A stretch of 64,000 nucleotides of DNA, from assembly GCA_964605775.1 (NCBI GenBank), contig CAZSDU010000006.1:10258-74257 (forward strand). The letters are read 5' to 3'. Made by a program: the position numbers and the translations under genes. Position 1 is the first letter of the stretch. Every line of letters starts with the position of its first letter. This DNA is from an uncultured Prolixibacteraceae bacterium. Its GTDB lineage: Bacteria; Bacteroidota; Bacteroidia; Bacteroidales; FEN-979. Below, in pieces: positions 9,468-19,096 of this stretch. The notes beneath the pieces were generated by a model that saw only the letters and a program-made list of their open reading frames with translations, made no database searches and was not told the origin of the DNA.

Positions 9468-11464
9468 TCATTTAATGGTGTTAATGTTCGCTGATTTGCA
9501 ATGGTTCTGATGTTGTTCTCCAGTCCCGAAATCCGGGCATAGAATCCAAACCCACCGTAATTATTTTCGATCTTCAATAAAAGCTTATTCCATCCTGGTT
9601 TAATGTTTAACATTATTTCTGCCTGATCAGGCTCTGCTACGCGGATACCGGAGAAACGATATACTTCTTTATTATTAAAGAAAATTTTCATGCCATCATC
9701 CGAGCCAACATATAACCCTACCTTGTCAGGCGTTATGGCGTAAATAAAACTTGTAGCATAGACAACAGCCATCTCGTGGGGTCTCATTTTTTCCATTAGT
9801 GAGAGATATCCATCCTCAGGGGTTTGTACGTATTTCCAACGGATTGGTTTCCCATTGATCCCTGTAAATACCCGGTTCGTGTCAAAATTTTCCAGCTCAG
9901 GTGCAAAAACGATATCAAGCCCTTTGCGATCACCGTTTTTTTCTTTCTGGTTTGGGAAAGGGCCAAGAAGGTACCATTCCGGGATATAGTTTCTTTTCGG
10001 TTGAAGAAGAATACCGTCAATTCCAATATCATAGCCGTAGGCAATGGGATCTTTTCCGCTCACGACAAATCTTAGATCAAGCGATTTCCCTTGATTGTTC
10101 AGATTCTCCAGCAACACAATCCCATCCGGAAGCAGAACAGGAGCATATCCTTTAATTTCTCCGGCTTTGCTTCCATTGACATAGATATCCACATTCGCAT
10201 AAGAGGGACCTTTTGTATAGAAAATGGTCAGATGATCAATCGCTTCCTTTAATCCAGATAAGGTCAACTGAAAAACAGAATTTACGTGGGCTGAAATGAA
10301 TAGCTGTTGATTATTTCCCCAATCAGCGCCAAAATCCGACATGTCCATGACCTTCGACTGAAGTCCTTTCAGGTCAAATTTAAGTGTTTCTGCTTCAAGG
10401 ATTGTTTTTGGTTTGATGATCCGTAAGGGGATTCTCTGACCCGCTTTCGGCATTGAGGGGAAAGCGTGATGCGGTTCTGACTGGTACCAGTATACTGTGC
10501 TGCTGTAATCAGCAATTGACTGATTCCCATGTCCATGTTCGAAAGTGAGCTTGACTGATCTTCTGAATGGAATGGGATCTGATACATAAAACCTATAAGC
10601 GGAAATCCTTCCCAGTGAATCATTCTTGTCACTGAGGCCACTGAAGGAACCGGAAAACTCCCCGGATTTAAAATGTGATGTTCCGGAAAAAAAATGCTCT
10701 GTTCCGGTACCGTATATACCAGGTTTCTTTTCTCCATCCACATAAATCATTTCATCACCATCCAGAAAATCAAAATTGCCTGAATAAGATTGGATATTCA
10801 GGTTCAAACCCACAATATGACCATTCCCCTTGGTTCGGAGTAAAGTATAATTGGAATCATAATCGGTACGCATATCCCTTGTCCAATGAGCATGGAAATA
10901 TGCGACATTACGATCAAGCACCCCTTCGAATTTATGATAATTGATCTGATAGGAAAACGATGGAATATCCCGCATGGTCTCATTCACGATCTCAATTCTA
11001 GCATGAACTTCAAAAGGCATAGGAAAATAACAGATATATCCTCCGCCCGTCATACCGAGATATTGGGAAATATAAGGTTGATATGCAAATCCGTTACCAA
11101 AAAAATCCCCGAAAGGGACTTCAACGGAAGGATTTTTTTCATTATTCCAATATATCCTGATCAGTATCCTGCGGAGAAAATAGGGGTCAGGGGAATTCAG
11201 TGCAAACCATATCCTGGTAATCATTCCTGGTCCTTCTACATCAAGAATCCTGGCTTTCTTTCCTGCCGGAATGACTATAAAATCATCATTTCCTCCCCCT
11301 AAATCATGACTTGAAACCTGAATTAATTTACTGTTCTTTAATAAAGGTAAGGCAGCAGGGGAGATCAGCCTTTCTATATCTGCATTGTTCACCGAATCGC
11401 AGGAAACCAGGAAAACGGAAAATAGAATACTGGTAATGGATAAGGAACAAATAAATTTTTTCAT
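9464..11464 (-). CDS. DUF2961 / GH172-family glycoside hydrolase with a C-terminal beta-sandwich extension
   Basis: GPGMITRIWF and FEHGHGN are typical DUF2961 motifs. A signal peptide with a Cys is present. The track start at 11485 is TTG, and the ATG at 11464 gives MKKFICSL. Confidence 0.75.
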   Translation of the reverse strand: MKKFICSLSITSILFSVFLVSCDSVNNADIERLISPAALPLLKNSKLIQVSSHDLGGGNDDFIVIPAGKKARILDVEGPGMITRIWFALNSPDPYFLRRILIRIYWNNEKNPSVEVPFGDFFGNGFAYQPYISQYLGMTGGGYICYFPMPFEVHARIEIVNETMRDIPSFSYQINYHKFEGVLDRNVAYFHAHWTRDMRTDYDSNYTLLRTKGNGHIVGLNLNIQSYSGNFDFLDGDEMIYVDGEKKPGIYGTGTEHFFSGTSHFKSGEFSGSFSGLSDKNDSLGRISAYRFYVSDPIPFRRSVKLTFEHGHGNQSIADYSSTVYWYQSEPHHAFPSMPKAGQRIPLRIIKPKTILEAETLKFDLKGLQSKVMDMSDFGADWGNNQQLFISAHVNSVFQLTLSGLKEAIDHLTIFYTKGPSYANVDIYVNGSKAGEIKGYAPVLLPDGIVLLENLNNQGKSLDLRFVVSGKDPIAYGYDIGIDGILLQPKRNYIPEWYLLGPFPNQKEKNGDRKGLDIVFAPELENFDTNRVFTGINGKPIRWKYVQTPEDGYLSLMEKMRPHEMAVVYATSFIYAITPDKVGLYVGSDDGMKIFFNNKEVYRFSGIRVAEPDQAEIMLNIKPGWNKLLLKIENNYGGFGFYARISGLENNIRTIANQRTLTPLNE

Positions 11465-11490
11465 GCATGAGGTATTGACCTGCAAATTTA

Positions 11491-13653
11491 CTACTTCTTG
11501 TATTCATCTATCAATAATCTGGCAATTATGGCATTCCAGATGTAGTTTGACGGACAATTCAGCACTTCATTGTCGGGACTGTAGGATTCCCAGAAATTGT
11601 GATTCTTTGATAACTGGGTGGCAACGCAGTTAAGCATTTTATCAGCAAGCTGATGTGCCAGATCGTCATAGCCATATTGACGAAGACCATTGTAAACCAT
11701 ATAATCCCAGAGCATCCAGATGGGACCGTTCCACTTGCAGCAATAATCAACAGTGGGATTGTACCAAGGATCCTGGGCTGATAAGGTTGGTACTCCATAG
11801 CGTCTCCAGAACTTCGTGCTGTCAGACAGTGTGACCACTAATTTACCAGCACGTTCTTTTGTCGCTACCCCGGCCCATAATGACAGAAATCCGATAATCT
11901 CCTGGCGGCGAAGGTCACGGCTTAAAAATTTCCATGAATGATCAGATTTATTAATGGAATAAAAAAAGCTGGTGGAATCATCCCACATCCGTTGATTGAC
12001 TAATCGGCTAACCTTATCTGCCTTGTCTGACCAGTCTTTTGCTTCCTGGTTTCTGCCAAGGATATGGGCCATTTTAGACAGCGAACGTTCCTCCTTGATG
12101 ATCATGAGGCTAAGGTCAAGACATTCCAGTTCATCTGATATGTCTTCTTTGTCAACCTCCAGGTAACGTTCGGCTGAAACCTGAAATACTGCATTATACC
12201 AGTCCCTGACATTCTCAATGATCCCATAGGGTCCCCATTCAAAGGTGCCATCATGATCCTGATCCCTGTTATCCATCAACCATTCGGTGTATTTTTTTCC
12301 TGATAGATAGGCTTCTTCCAGAAATTTCCTGTCTTTGCTCACCTGGTAGATTTCCCAGTTTATCCAACTGTAAAAAGGAGCGGAAGTAGTTGACATATTT
12401 TTATGGGGGTAATCCTGCATTCCTCTTGGCCCATGACGATAGGCAATTAATCCATCCTCCCTTTGCTGTTCCATATATACCCTTTGCGAATTTTCAGCCG
12501 ACCTGGGATCCAGGTATACATAGGCCAGCATACTCAAAGATTCATGTAGTACCTGATGTCCATGACCCCAGCCCCAGATTGGATTTCGGGAAAATGAATA
12601 GAAATTATATTTTGTATGGCCTTCAGGAGGATACATGCAACTTCTGGCAAGATTAAAGGCGCTGAGATACAATAATTTCTCAGTCTTTGATGGAAAAGAG
12701 ATTCGCGGGATTTTCGAGAAAAGGATAAGATTGTCCTCATAATAGGTTTTTAAAAGCTCGCTTTTCAAAGGGTTCATTTCGCTGATCATTTTTCCTGAAT
12801 CTTCTTTTTGAGCCTGTGTTCCCCTGAGAATTCGAAAATTGACCGTCTCACCAGGCTTCAATCTTTTTTTTAGATGAAGTGAGATAAGTCTGACAAAACC
12901 ATTGTGTTTAAGATTCAGGGAGTCTGATTTTCGTTCGGCATAGAAATCGGTTTTGATCTGTTGGTGAAAGCAATCCGGATTTCCTGTATATCCCCCATAG
13001 GAATAAACTTCACAGTTAGCAGAAAAAAAATCAGAAAAACGGGTCGGATACCCAAGCTCGGGTTTCAGACTGCTGATTAAGCGATAGGGACTTTCATAAC
13101 GCTTCGTGAGATAACCGTTTCCTTGCTTATCGTATTCAATAATTTCCAGCGAATCATGGTCTGCTTCAAAGATGGGATAAAGATCAAGATCATGACTGAT
13201 GTTGTCTGTATTCTTAATCAGCATATCAATCAATGCAATTTGTGAACTGTATACAAAAAATGTCTCTTTGACCTGGATACCCCTGAAGGGTTCATATTCA
13301 AGGATAGCCATATCAGGGAAAGAAAAGCGGATCAATGGTTTTTTTAAATATTCTCCTATACGGGGAATGACTACCTGATCTACCTTCCACAGACAGTATA
13401 TTGTCCCGGCTTGATCGCTGGAGTAACTTACGGGCTTACAGTCAGAATAATAGTCGATTTTATAGGCCTTATCACCATATAATGAGGAACGTTTCATCGC
13501 CGCGGCATAGCTGGTATAAAGTGGATCATTAGACTTGGCAGAGATCCGCATATAATCTTCAACCATTCTGAAATCCTGAGCATTAATAAGAATACAGGAA
13601 ATGCAGAAACAGAAAAGAAAAAGAGAAAAGTTACGCATGTTTATAATATTCAT
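11491..13653 (-). CDS. secreted (alpha/alpha)6-barrel glycoside hydrolase, GH63/GH37/MGH1-like
   Basis: 720 aa with a signal peptide. The C-terminal half (DHDGTFEWG, RRYGVPTLS, CKWNGPIWMLWDYMVYNGL, FWESYSPD) matches the trehalase / mannosylglycerate-hydrolase type catalytic domain. Confidence 0.7.
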   Translation of the reverse strand: MNIINMRNFSLFLFCFCISCILINAQDFRMVEDYMRISAKSNDPLYTSYAAAMKRSSLYGDKAYKIDYYSDCKPVSYSSDQAGTIYCLWKVDQVVIPRIGEYLKKPLIRFSFPDMAILEYEPFRGIQVKETFFVYSSQIALIDMLIKNTDNISHDLDLYPIFEADHDSLEIIEYDKQGNGYLTKRYESPYRLISSLKPELGYPTRFSDFFSANCEVYSYGGYTGNPDCFHQQIKTDFYAERKSDSLNLKHNGFVRLISLHLKKRLKPGETVNFRILRGTQAQKEDSGKMISEMNPLKSELLKTYYEDNLILFSKIPRISFPSKTEKLLYLSAFNLARSCMYPPEGHTKYNFYSFSRNPIWGWGHGHQVLHESLSMLAYVYLDPRSAENSQRVYMEQQREDGLIAYRHGPRGMQDYPHKNMSTTSAPFYSWINWEIYQVSKDRKFLEEAYLSGKKYTEWLMDNRDQDHDGTFEWGPYGIIENVRDWYNAVFQVSAERYLEVDKEDISDELECLDLSLMIIKEERSLSKMAHILGRNQEAKDWSDKADKVSRLVNQRMWDDSTSFFYSINKSDHSWKFLSRDLRRQEIIGFLSLWAGVATKERAGKLVVTLSDSTKFWRRYGVPTLSAQDPWYNPTVDYCCKWNGPIWMLWDYMVYNGLRQYGYDDLAHQLADKMLNCVATQLSKNHNFWESYSPDNEVLNCPSNYIWNAIIARLLIDEYKK

Positions 13654-13671
13654 AAGTGAAGGAATCCGTGC

Positions 13672-15231
13672 TTATTCGTATGATTGTATTTCATCCATGA
13701 TGATCAGGGTTTCCGGGTCCTGTAACAGATAATCCGGAAGCAAGCAGTCCCCCTGCTTGAAAATTGCTATTTTCCTGCCTTTCCTTTTGATCTCCTCATA
13801 CTGAAATTTGGATGGAATGAAGCCATAGGAAGGTAGATCAGTATAGAACATACATTCGATATAATGTCTGCCTCGAACATTGAAAACAACAGCATTCTCT
13901 GGAAGACGTGTATGAAGAGATTGGAAAATGAATTTGTTATGGATTTGTATAGACTTAACCGGATTATCTGACCATCCTGACTTCCAATTGAATGCAACCA
14001 GAAAAAAGAATAAGGCAGTCAAAACCCAACCGGTCAAATCTGGGAACCTTGATCGTTTAATAGTCTGTTGATGAAAAAAATCAAGAAAAGCAGCTATGCC
14101 TGAATAAACCGGAAGTGCAACAATGAATGGATAACTAAGCATTTTTGTTTTGGCGAGGGAGAAGAAGAGATAAACAAAAACAGGCAGGATCAGGATGCTG
14201 AATGGAAGGAATGGTCCTTTGATTTTCATGAACAGAAAGACCAATCCCAAAGGAATAAAATATATCAAGACATTGCCGTATAATTGATGGATGTGCTCAA
14301 CATAAAACCACGGGGACCCTCCGTGTCCTTCAACGACCTGAAAAAAATGTAAGGCACTGTATGAATAAGTTTGGGCTGCTTCGGTTGGATACCAGGTAAA
14401 AATGAGTATCTGCCAGGGTAACACGACTAAAATGGTGATTAAAAGGGAGAAAAAAAAGTTCATCGTCTCCTTGAATAATTTGCTTTTCCGAATGATCCAG
14501 GCTTCGTTCTTCCGGAAAATGCCAGCAAATAGGTAGGTTGCCCACGCCAAATAAACCAGTAATCCTGGTATCCATTTTGTCAGTATGGCACAACCTGAGA
14601 AAATCCCGATAAGGATAATCCATAATTTTCGATCCGAAAAAACATATTCAGTCCAAACCCAGATACTGCAAGAAATAAAAAAAAGAAAAGCAACATCATT
14701 GTGTTCGAGTTCCTGCCTGCCTGCAACGAGTTGCATCAGGTAATAAGAAGTCGAAAACAAAAAGGCAGTTAAAAAGCCTGTGTTTTCATTGGTCAGCAGT
14801 TTAACTGTCCGGTAGGTGACAAGAATCAAAAGGGATGCCATGATAACACTTGGAAGACGTAGGGATACTTCACTGAAGCCGAAAATCTTGTAGCTTATTG
14901 CAATAAGCCAGAGAAAAAGTGGCTGCTTGTGCAACCAGACAATGGCCCTGTCCCATCGGCCATAAGACATGGTTAATACAGGATCGTCATATAAGGTTGG
15001 CAGGAGTGGATGCTTCATCAGGTTTTTTGCAACCAACGCATGAAAACGTTCATCCCAAAGATTCAGAAACGGATCCAACAGGGAAGAGAAAAGAAATAAA
15101 AGAAATCCGCCGGTAAACAGGAATAAAATGGCTTTCCGGTGTTGTTTCATCTGATTTATGCAAAGACTTCCGCTTACCAAGATAACTCCGGAGATCAGAA
15201 GCAAGCTTTGTATGGATGAAAATTCTCTCAT
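13672..15231 (-). CDS. GT39/ArnT-like (PMT_2) membrane glycosyltransferase
   Basis: 519 aa with about 12 TM segments. The N-terminal WDERFHALVAKNL loop motif is typical of dolichyl-/undecaprenyl-phosphate-sugar dependent GT-C transferases. Confidence 0.75.
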   Translation of the reverse strand: MREFSSIQSLLLISGVILVSGSLCINQMKQHRKAILFLFTGGFLLFLFSSLLDPFLNLWDERFHALVAKNLMKHPLLPTLYDDPVLTMSYGRWDRAIVWLHKQPLFLWLIAISYKIFGFSEVSLRLPSVIMASLLILVTYRTVKLLTNENTGFLTAFLFSTSYYLMQLVAGRQELEHNDVAFLFFISCSIWVWTEYVFSDRKLWIILIGIFSGCAILTKWIPGLLVYLAWATYLFAGIFRKNEAWIIRKSKLFKETMNFFFSLLITILVVLPWQILIFTWYPTEAAQTYSYSALHFFQVVEGHGGSPWFYVEHIHQLYGNVLIYFIPLGLVFLFMKIKGPFLPFSILILPVFVYLFFSLAKTKMLSYPFIVALPVYSGIAAFLDFFHQQTIKRSRFPDLTGWVLTALFFFLVAFNWKSGWSDNPVKSIQIHNKFIFQSLHTRLPENAVVFNVRGRHYIECMFYTDLPSYGFIPSKFQYEEIKRKGRKIAIFKQGDCLLPDYLLQDPETLIIMDEIQSYE

Positions 15232-16074
15232 TCAATGTTGACCTGTAAGGTAATCTAAGATATTTTTAGTAAAAAGTTCAAGATTTTCACGGTTAATGTT
15301 TTGACTGATAAAATCCATATAGGCTCCAACGGCGATGATTTTTCCTTTCCCCAGACTATATTCTATTACCAGTTTTGAATTTTCTCTGATGTAATTATCA
15401 TCCCAGTCAACACCGATAATACGGCCTTTCTGCGGAATTTGATCTTTAAAGAAGCCTGTCATGGAAACCCTTTGATCATGTCCAGGAACGACAAGGTAGG
15501 CCACTCCGTTCATCCCTTTGAAAACAGGATGCTCCTGAAAGGAATGAATGCCCAGCTTTCTATCGTAACCCTGGTCAACCGGTGGTTTTACACTGTCATA
15601 AGGAATCATGGATTCAATACCCAGGATATTTAAATAATGAAAGGCATGCATGGATAAAAGCAGATTTCCACCATTTTCAAGATATGTTTTTATACCTTGA
15701 ACGAGGTCTGTCCTGGTTTCCAATTTATTGAATGCGGCGGTATCTGTGTCATGAAACCATAATAGGGGATAGGATCGAATGGCTTTAAAAGAGAAACTGC
15801 CCAGGCTATGATACACTCCCTGATATTGTTTTAACCCATCCAAGAAATCAAATGCCGATTTGCTGGCATCATCATTCTCTACAGAGGATTTTCTGCCAAT
15901 GAAACCGATTACCATCTTCTGGGTTTCGGTATTTCGTTTTGATTTTTTCCGGTTAAGTGTAATCTTATGCATCTTCAGGCTTTGTCCTTTGACCGACTGG
16001 CAAAAAACGGGCTGAGGAATGAGGAAAGAGGAAAGAAATATAAGAAGAATTAGCAGGATAACGACCGTTTTCAT
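15232..16074 (-). CDS. secreted hypothetical protein (possibly class I glutamine-amidotransferase-like/ThuA-like fold)
   Basis: Signal peptide is present. The gene abuts its neighbours (stop at 15232 directly follows the GT39 start at 15231, and ATGA overlap with HAD at 16071-16074). The fold suggestion, from LLWFH...YLENGGNLLLSMHA, is weak. Confidence 0.5.
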   Translation of the reverse strand: MKTVVILLILLIFLSSFLIPQPVFCQSVKGQSLKMHKITLNRKKSKRNTETQKMVIGFIGRKSSVENDDASKSAFDFLDGLKQYQGVYHSLGSFSFKAIRSYPLLWFHDTDTAAFNKLETRTDLVQGIKTYLENGGNLLLSMHAFHYLNILGIESMIPYDSVKPPVDQGYDRKLGIHSFQEHPVFKGMNGVAYLVVPGHDQRVSMTGFFKDQIPQKGRIIGVDWDDNYIRENSKLVIEYSLGKGKIIAVGAYMDFISQNINRENLELFTKNILDYLTGQH

Positions 16075-16718
16075 ATGAACTGAATTAATTCCAAAAGGGA
16101 AGAAAAAACGGGTAATCGGGTGGCCTTTAACCGCTCCACGGAGTGATGGCCATTGGTAATCAGAATGCAGGAAATGCCGATTTCGTCAGCAACTTCAGCA
16201 TCATGACAAGTATCCCCGATGAACAATACTTTTTCCGGAGCGATTTTCAGATTTGTCATCAACCTAATTCCAAGCTCAGTTTTTCCATGAGCATAATGAT
16301 CTCCGAGACCATAGATATGGGTGAAAAAGGAATGGATCAGATAGCATTGAGTTTCAGCAAGCAGTTCCTGTTGTTCTCTTGCTGAGAGTATGCACTGGCA
16401 ATAATCATTCCTTGAAAAAGCCTCTAAAACGTTGACAACATCAGCATGAAGCCTGCTTTCTTTCTGACGCATGTTATAACGGATCATAAATTCCATCCCG
16501 ACTTTCTCAAAGGGTTCCTTGTTAAAGTCAAATCCCAGTTTGAGATAATAATCCCTGACTGGAAAATCAAATAAATTCCGGTATTCTTCCAGTGTTTTAA
16601 CAGGAAGATTCCGTTCTTTGAGCATACTGTTCATCACGTCCACGCAAAGCCAGGCATCGTCCAGTAAGGTGCCGTTCCAATCCCAGATGATATGTGAGTA
16701 TTTAGAGAAATCTATCAT
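16071..16718 (-). CDS. HAD-family phosphatase (phosphoglycolate-phosphatase-like)
   Basis: HAD motif I as IIWDWNGTLLDD, motif III/IV as FIGDTCHDAEVA, 215 aa. Confidence 0.8.
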   Translation of the reverse strand: MIDFSKYSHIIWDWNGTLLDDAWLCVDVMNSMLKERNLPVKTLEEYRNLFDFPVRDYYLKLGFDFNKEPFEKVGMEFMIRYNMRQKESRLHADVVNVLEAFSRNDYCQCILSAREQQELLAETQCYLIHSFFTHIYGLGDHYAHGKTELGIRLMTNLKIAPEKVLFIGDTCHDAEVADEIGISCILITNGHHSVERLKATRLPVFSSLLELIQFI

Positions 16719-16734
16719 TCTAAGTTGTAATTTT

Positions 16735-17715
16735 ATGTCTTCAAAAATAATGAAAATACCGACCCTTATGTTGGATGTATCAAGCTTTCTTGAACCCCTC
16801 GAAATACTTCATGATTGTACAATCTGTCCGAGAAACTGTCATGCCGACCGCTTCAAGGGTAAAACGGGTTACTGCAGAAGTGATAATTCTTTCAACATCG
16901 CTTCCATCTGCGTACACAAAGGAGAAGAACCGGTCATAAGCGGAAGCAAAGGAATTTGCAATATTTTCTTTACCAATTGCAACCTTCAATGCTTGTTTTG
17001 TCAGAATCATCAGATTAGTGATACCGGTATCAGCCGTGCCTTGTCCTCGATGAGCCTGGAAGAGGTGATTGAAAAAATAATCGAGATTCTCAACACCGGA
17101 ATCGATATGGTCGGGTTTGTTTCCCCTTCACATTTTATTCCCCAGATGCTTGCCATCATCAATGCTACCCATGCCCATGGGTATCATCCCCGATGGGTAT
17201 ATAACACCAATGGCTACGATCAAGTGAGTACACTTAAAACACTTGAAGGCATTATTGATATCTATCTTCCAGATATGAAATATATGGATTCCCAACTTGC
17301 TTTAAGATGGTCAGATGCTGAGGATTATCCTGAAACAGCGGCCAAAGCCCTCAAAGAAATGTTCCGGCAAAAAGGATCAGGACTGATGCTGAATGAAGAT
17401 CATACTGCTGCATCCGGAATGATTGTTCGTCATCTTGTCCTTCCCGGACAGATTGAAAACAGCAAAGAAGTGATCCGTTTTCTGTCATCCGCTTTATCTC
17501 CTCATCTGCATATTTCGTTAATGTCACAATATTTTCCTGTAAAAAAAGTGATGGGAAATGATTTACTTTCCCGTACCCTTACAAACAAGGAGTATCAACA
17601 AGTGATCGATGAAGCGGAGAAACAGGGCATGGAAAATGGATGGATACAGGATTTTAAGAGTTCATTGCATTATCTCCCGGATTTTGACAGGAAACATCCT
17701 TTTGAAAATATATAG
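16735..17715 (+). CDS. radical SAM protein, PflX-like (PFL-activase homolog, COG1313 type)
   Basis: CNLQCLFCQN is the CxxxCxxC radical SAM motif. An N-terminal CTICPRNCHADR...GYCR extra cluster is present. The track start at 16618 overlaps the HAD gene. ATG at 16735 (or 16768) is more plausible. Confidence 0.8.
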   Translation: MSSKIMKIPTLMLDVSSFLEPLEILHDCTICPRNCHADRFKGKTGYCRSDNSFNIASICVHKGEEPVISGSKGICNIFFTNCNLQCLFCQNHQISDTGISRALSSMSLEEVIEKIIEILNTGIDMVGFVSPSHFIPQMLAIINATHAHGYHPRWVYNTNGYDQVSTLKTLEGIIDIYLPDMKYMDSQLALRWSDAEDYPETAAKALKEMFRQKGSGLMLNEDHTAASGMIVRHLVLPGQIENSKEVIRFLSSALSPHLHISLMSQYFPVKKVMGNDLLSRTLTNKEYQQVIDEAEKQGMENGWIQDFKSSLHYLPDFDRKHPFENI

Positions 17716-17855
17716 CTGACGTTTTGCCAATCATAGCATGCCAGTATCCGGTTTTATCGAATTTTTGAATGATATAAAAAATAATATTTGTTTGCGAACA
17801 TCCAACGGAGTATTTTTGACCAATATAATCCATCATTAACCCAAAACCAATTGAT

Positions 17856-19061
17856 ATGCGACCACCTTTTTTCATCATTTTTTTATTCTTTTCCTATTTG
17901 TTTCCCAGTTTAGTTTTAGCTCAGGATGAGAAAGCAAAACCCGATTCCGGATATATTTTTACCACGGTTAAGCAACTTCCGGCCACATCGGTAAAAAATC
18001 AATATCGTTCAAGCACCTGTTGGAGTTATTCTACCATATCCTTCCTGGAGTCTGAACTGTTGAGACTGGGGAAAGACACCTTCGACCTGTCAGACATGTT
18101 TCCGGTTCATAAGGCCTATCCGGAAAAAGCGATGATGTATGTAAGGTTTAATGGGAAACATAATTTTGGCCCCGGGGGTGCCGCCCATGACGTGATCAAT
18201 ATGATGAAAAAATACGGCATAACTCCTGAATCTGCCTATAGCGGCCATGTTATCGGAGAAATCAATCCTGTTCATGCAGAAATGGATGCAGTGCTGGAAG
18301 CTTATGTTGATGCTGTGGTGAAAAACCCGAATAAGAAGCTGACCCCTGTATGGATGAAGGGCTTGGATGGGCTGGTAAATGCCTACCTTGGTGAAATCCC
18401 TGAAAAGTTTGAATATCAGGGCAGGGAATATACCCCGCGAACATTCTGTTATAAGCTGGGATTGAAACTGGATGATTATATCGAGATCACCTCCTATACA
18501 CATCATCCGTTTTATTCAAAATTCATTATTGAAATCCCTGACAATTGGGAACTGGGTGAGGTATATAATGTACCGATGGAAGACATGATGCAGATCATTG
18601 ATCATGCCGTGATGAATGGATATACCTTGGCCTGGGGTGCAGATGTCAGCGAAAAAGGTTTTTCATGGAAAAACGGAGTGGCCATTATTCCCGATAAAAA
18701 CGCTCCGGAGGTTACAGGAACAGATAAAGATCGTTGGACAAAAATGAGTGATACGGAAAAGGAGAAATTGTTATTTAAATTTGATCATCCCGTTCCTGAA
18801 AAAAATATCACCCAGGAAATGAGACAACTGGAATTCGACAATTATCAAACAACCGATGATCACGGACTTCACCTGACCGGAATAGCCAGAGACCAGAACG
18901 GGCATAAATATTATATTGTCAAGAATTCATGGGGAACTGAAAATAATCCTTACAAGGGATATATATATGTGTCTGAAGCTTATGTCAGGCTAAAGACGAT
19001 GGATATTATGGTAAATAAAAATTCAGTTCCGAAAGAGATCCGAAAAAAACTGGGTTTTTAA
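17856..19061 (+). CDS. secreted C1-family cysteine peptidase (aminopeptidase C / bleomycin hydrolase-like)
   Basis: Signal peptide is present. NQYRSSTCWSYS carries the catalytic Cys, and KNSWG lies in the C-terminal catalytic region. Confidence 0.85.
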   Translation: MRPPFFIIFLFFSYLFPSLVLAQDEKAKPDSGYIFTTVKQLPATSVKNQYRSSTCWSYSTISFLESELLRLGKDTFDLSDMFPVHKAYPEKAMMYVRFNGKHNFGPGGAAHDVINMMKKYGITPESAYSGHVIGEINPVHAEMDAVLEAYVDAVVKNPNKKLTPVWMKGLDGLVNAYLGEIPEKFEYQGREYTPRTFCYKLGLKLDDYIEITSYTHHPFYSKFIIEIPDNWELGEVYNVPMEDMMQIIDHAVMNGYTLAWGADVSEKGFSWKNGVAIIPDKNAPEVTGTDKDRWTKMSDTEKEKLLFKFDHPVPEKNITQEMRQLEFDNYQTTDDHGLHLTGIARDQNGHKYYIVKNSWGTENNPYKGYIYVSEAYVRLKTMDIMVNKNSVPKEIRKKLGF

Positions 19062-19096
19062 ATTCAGTTATCCATAATACAAACTTGCAGGTTCTT

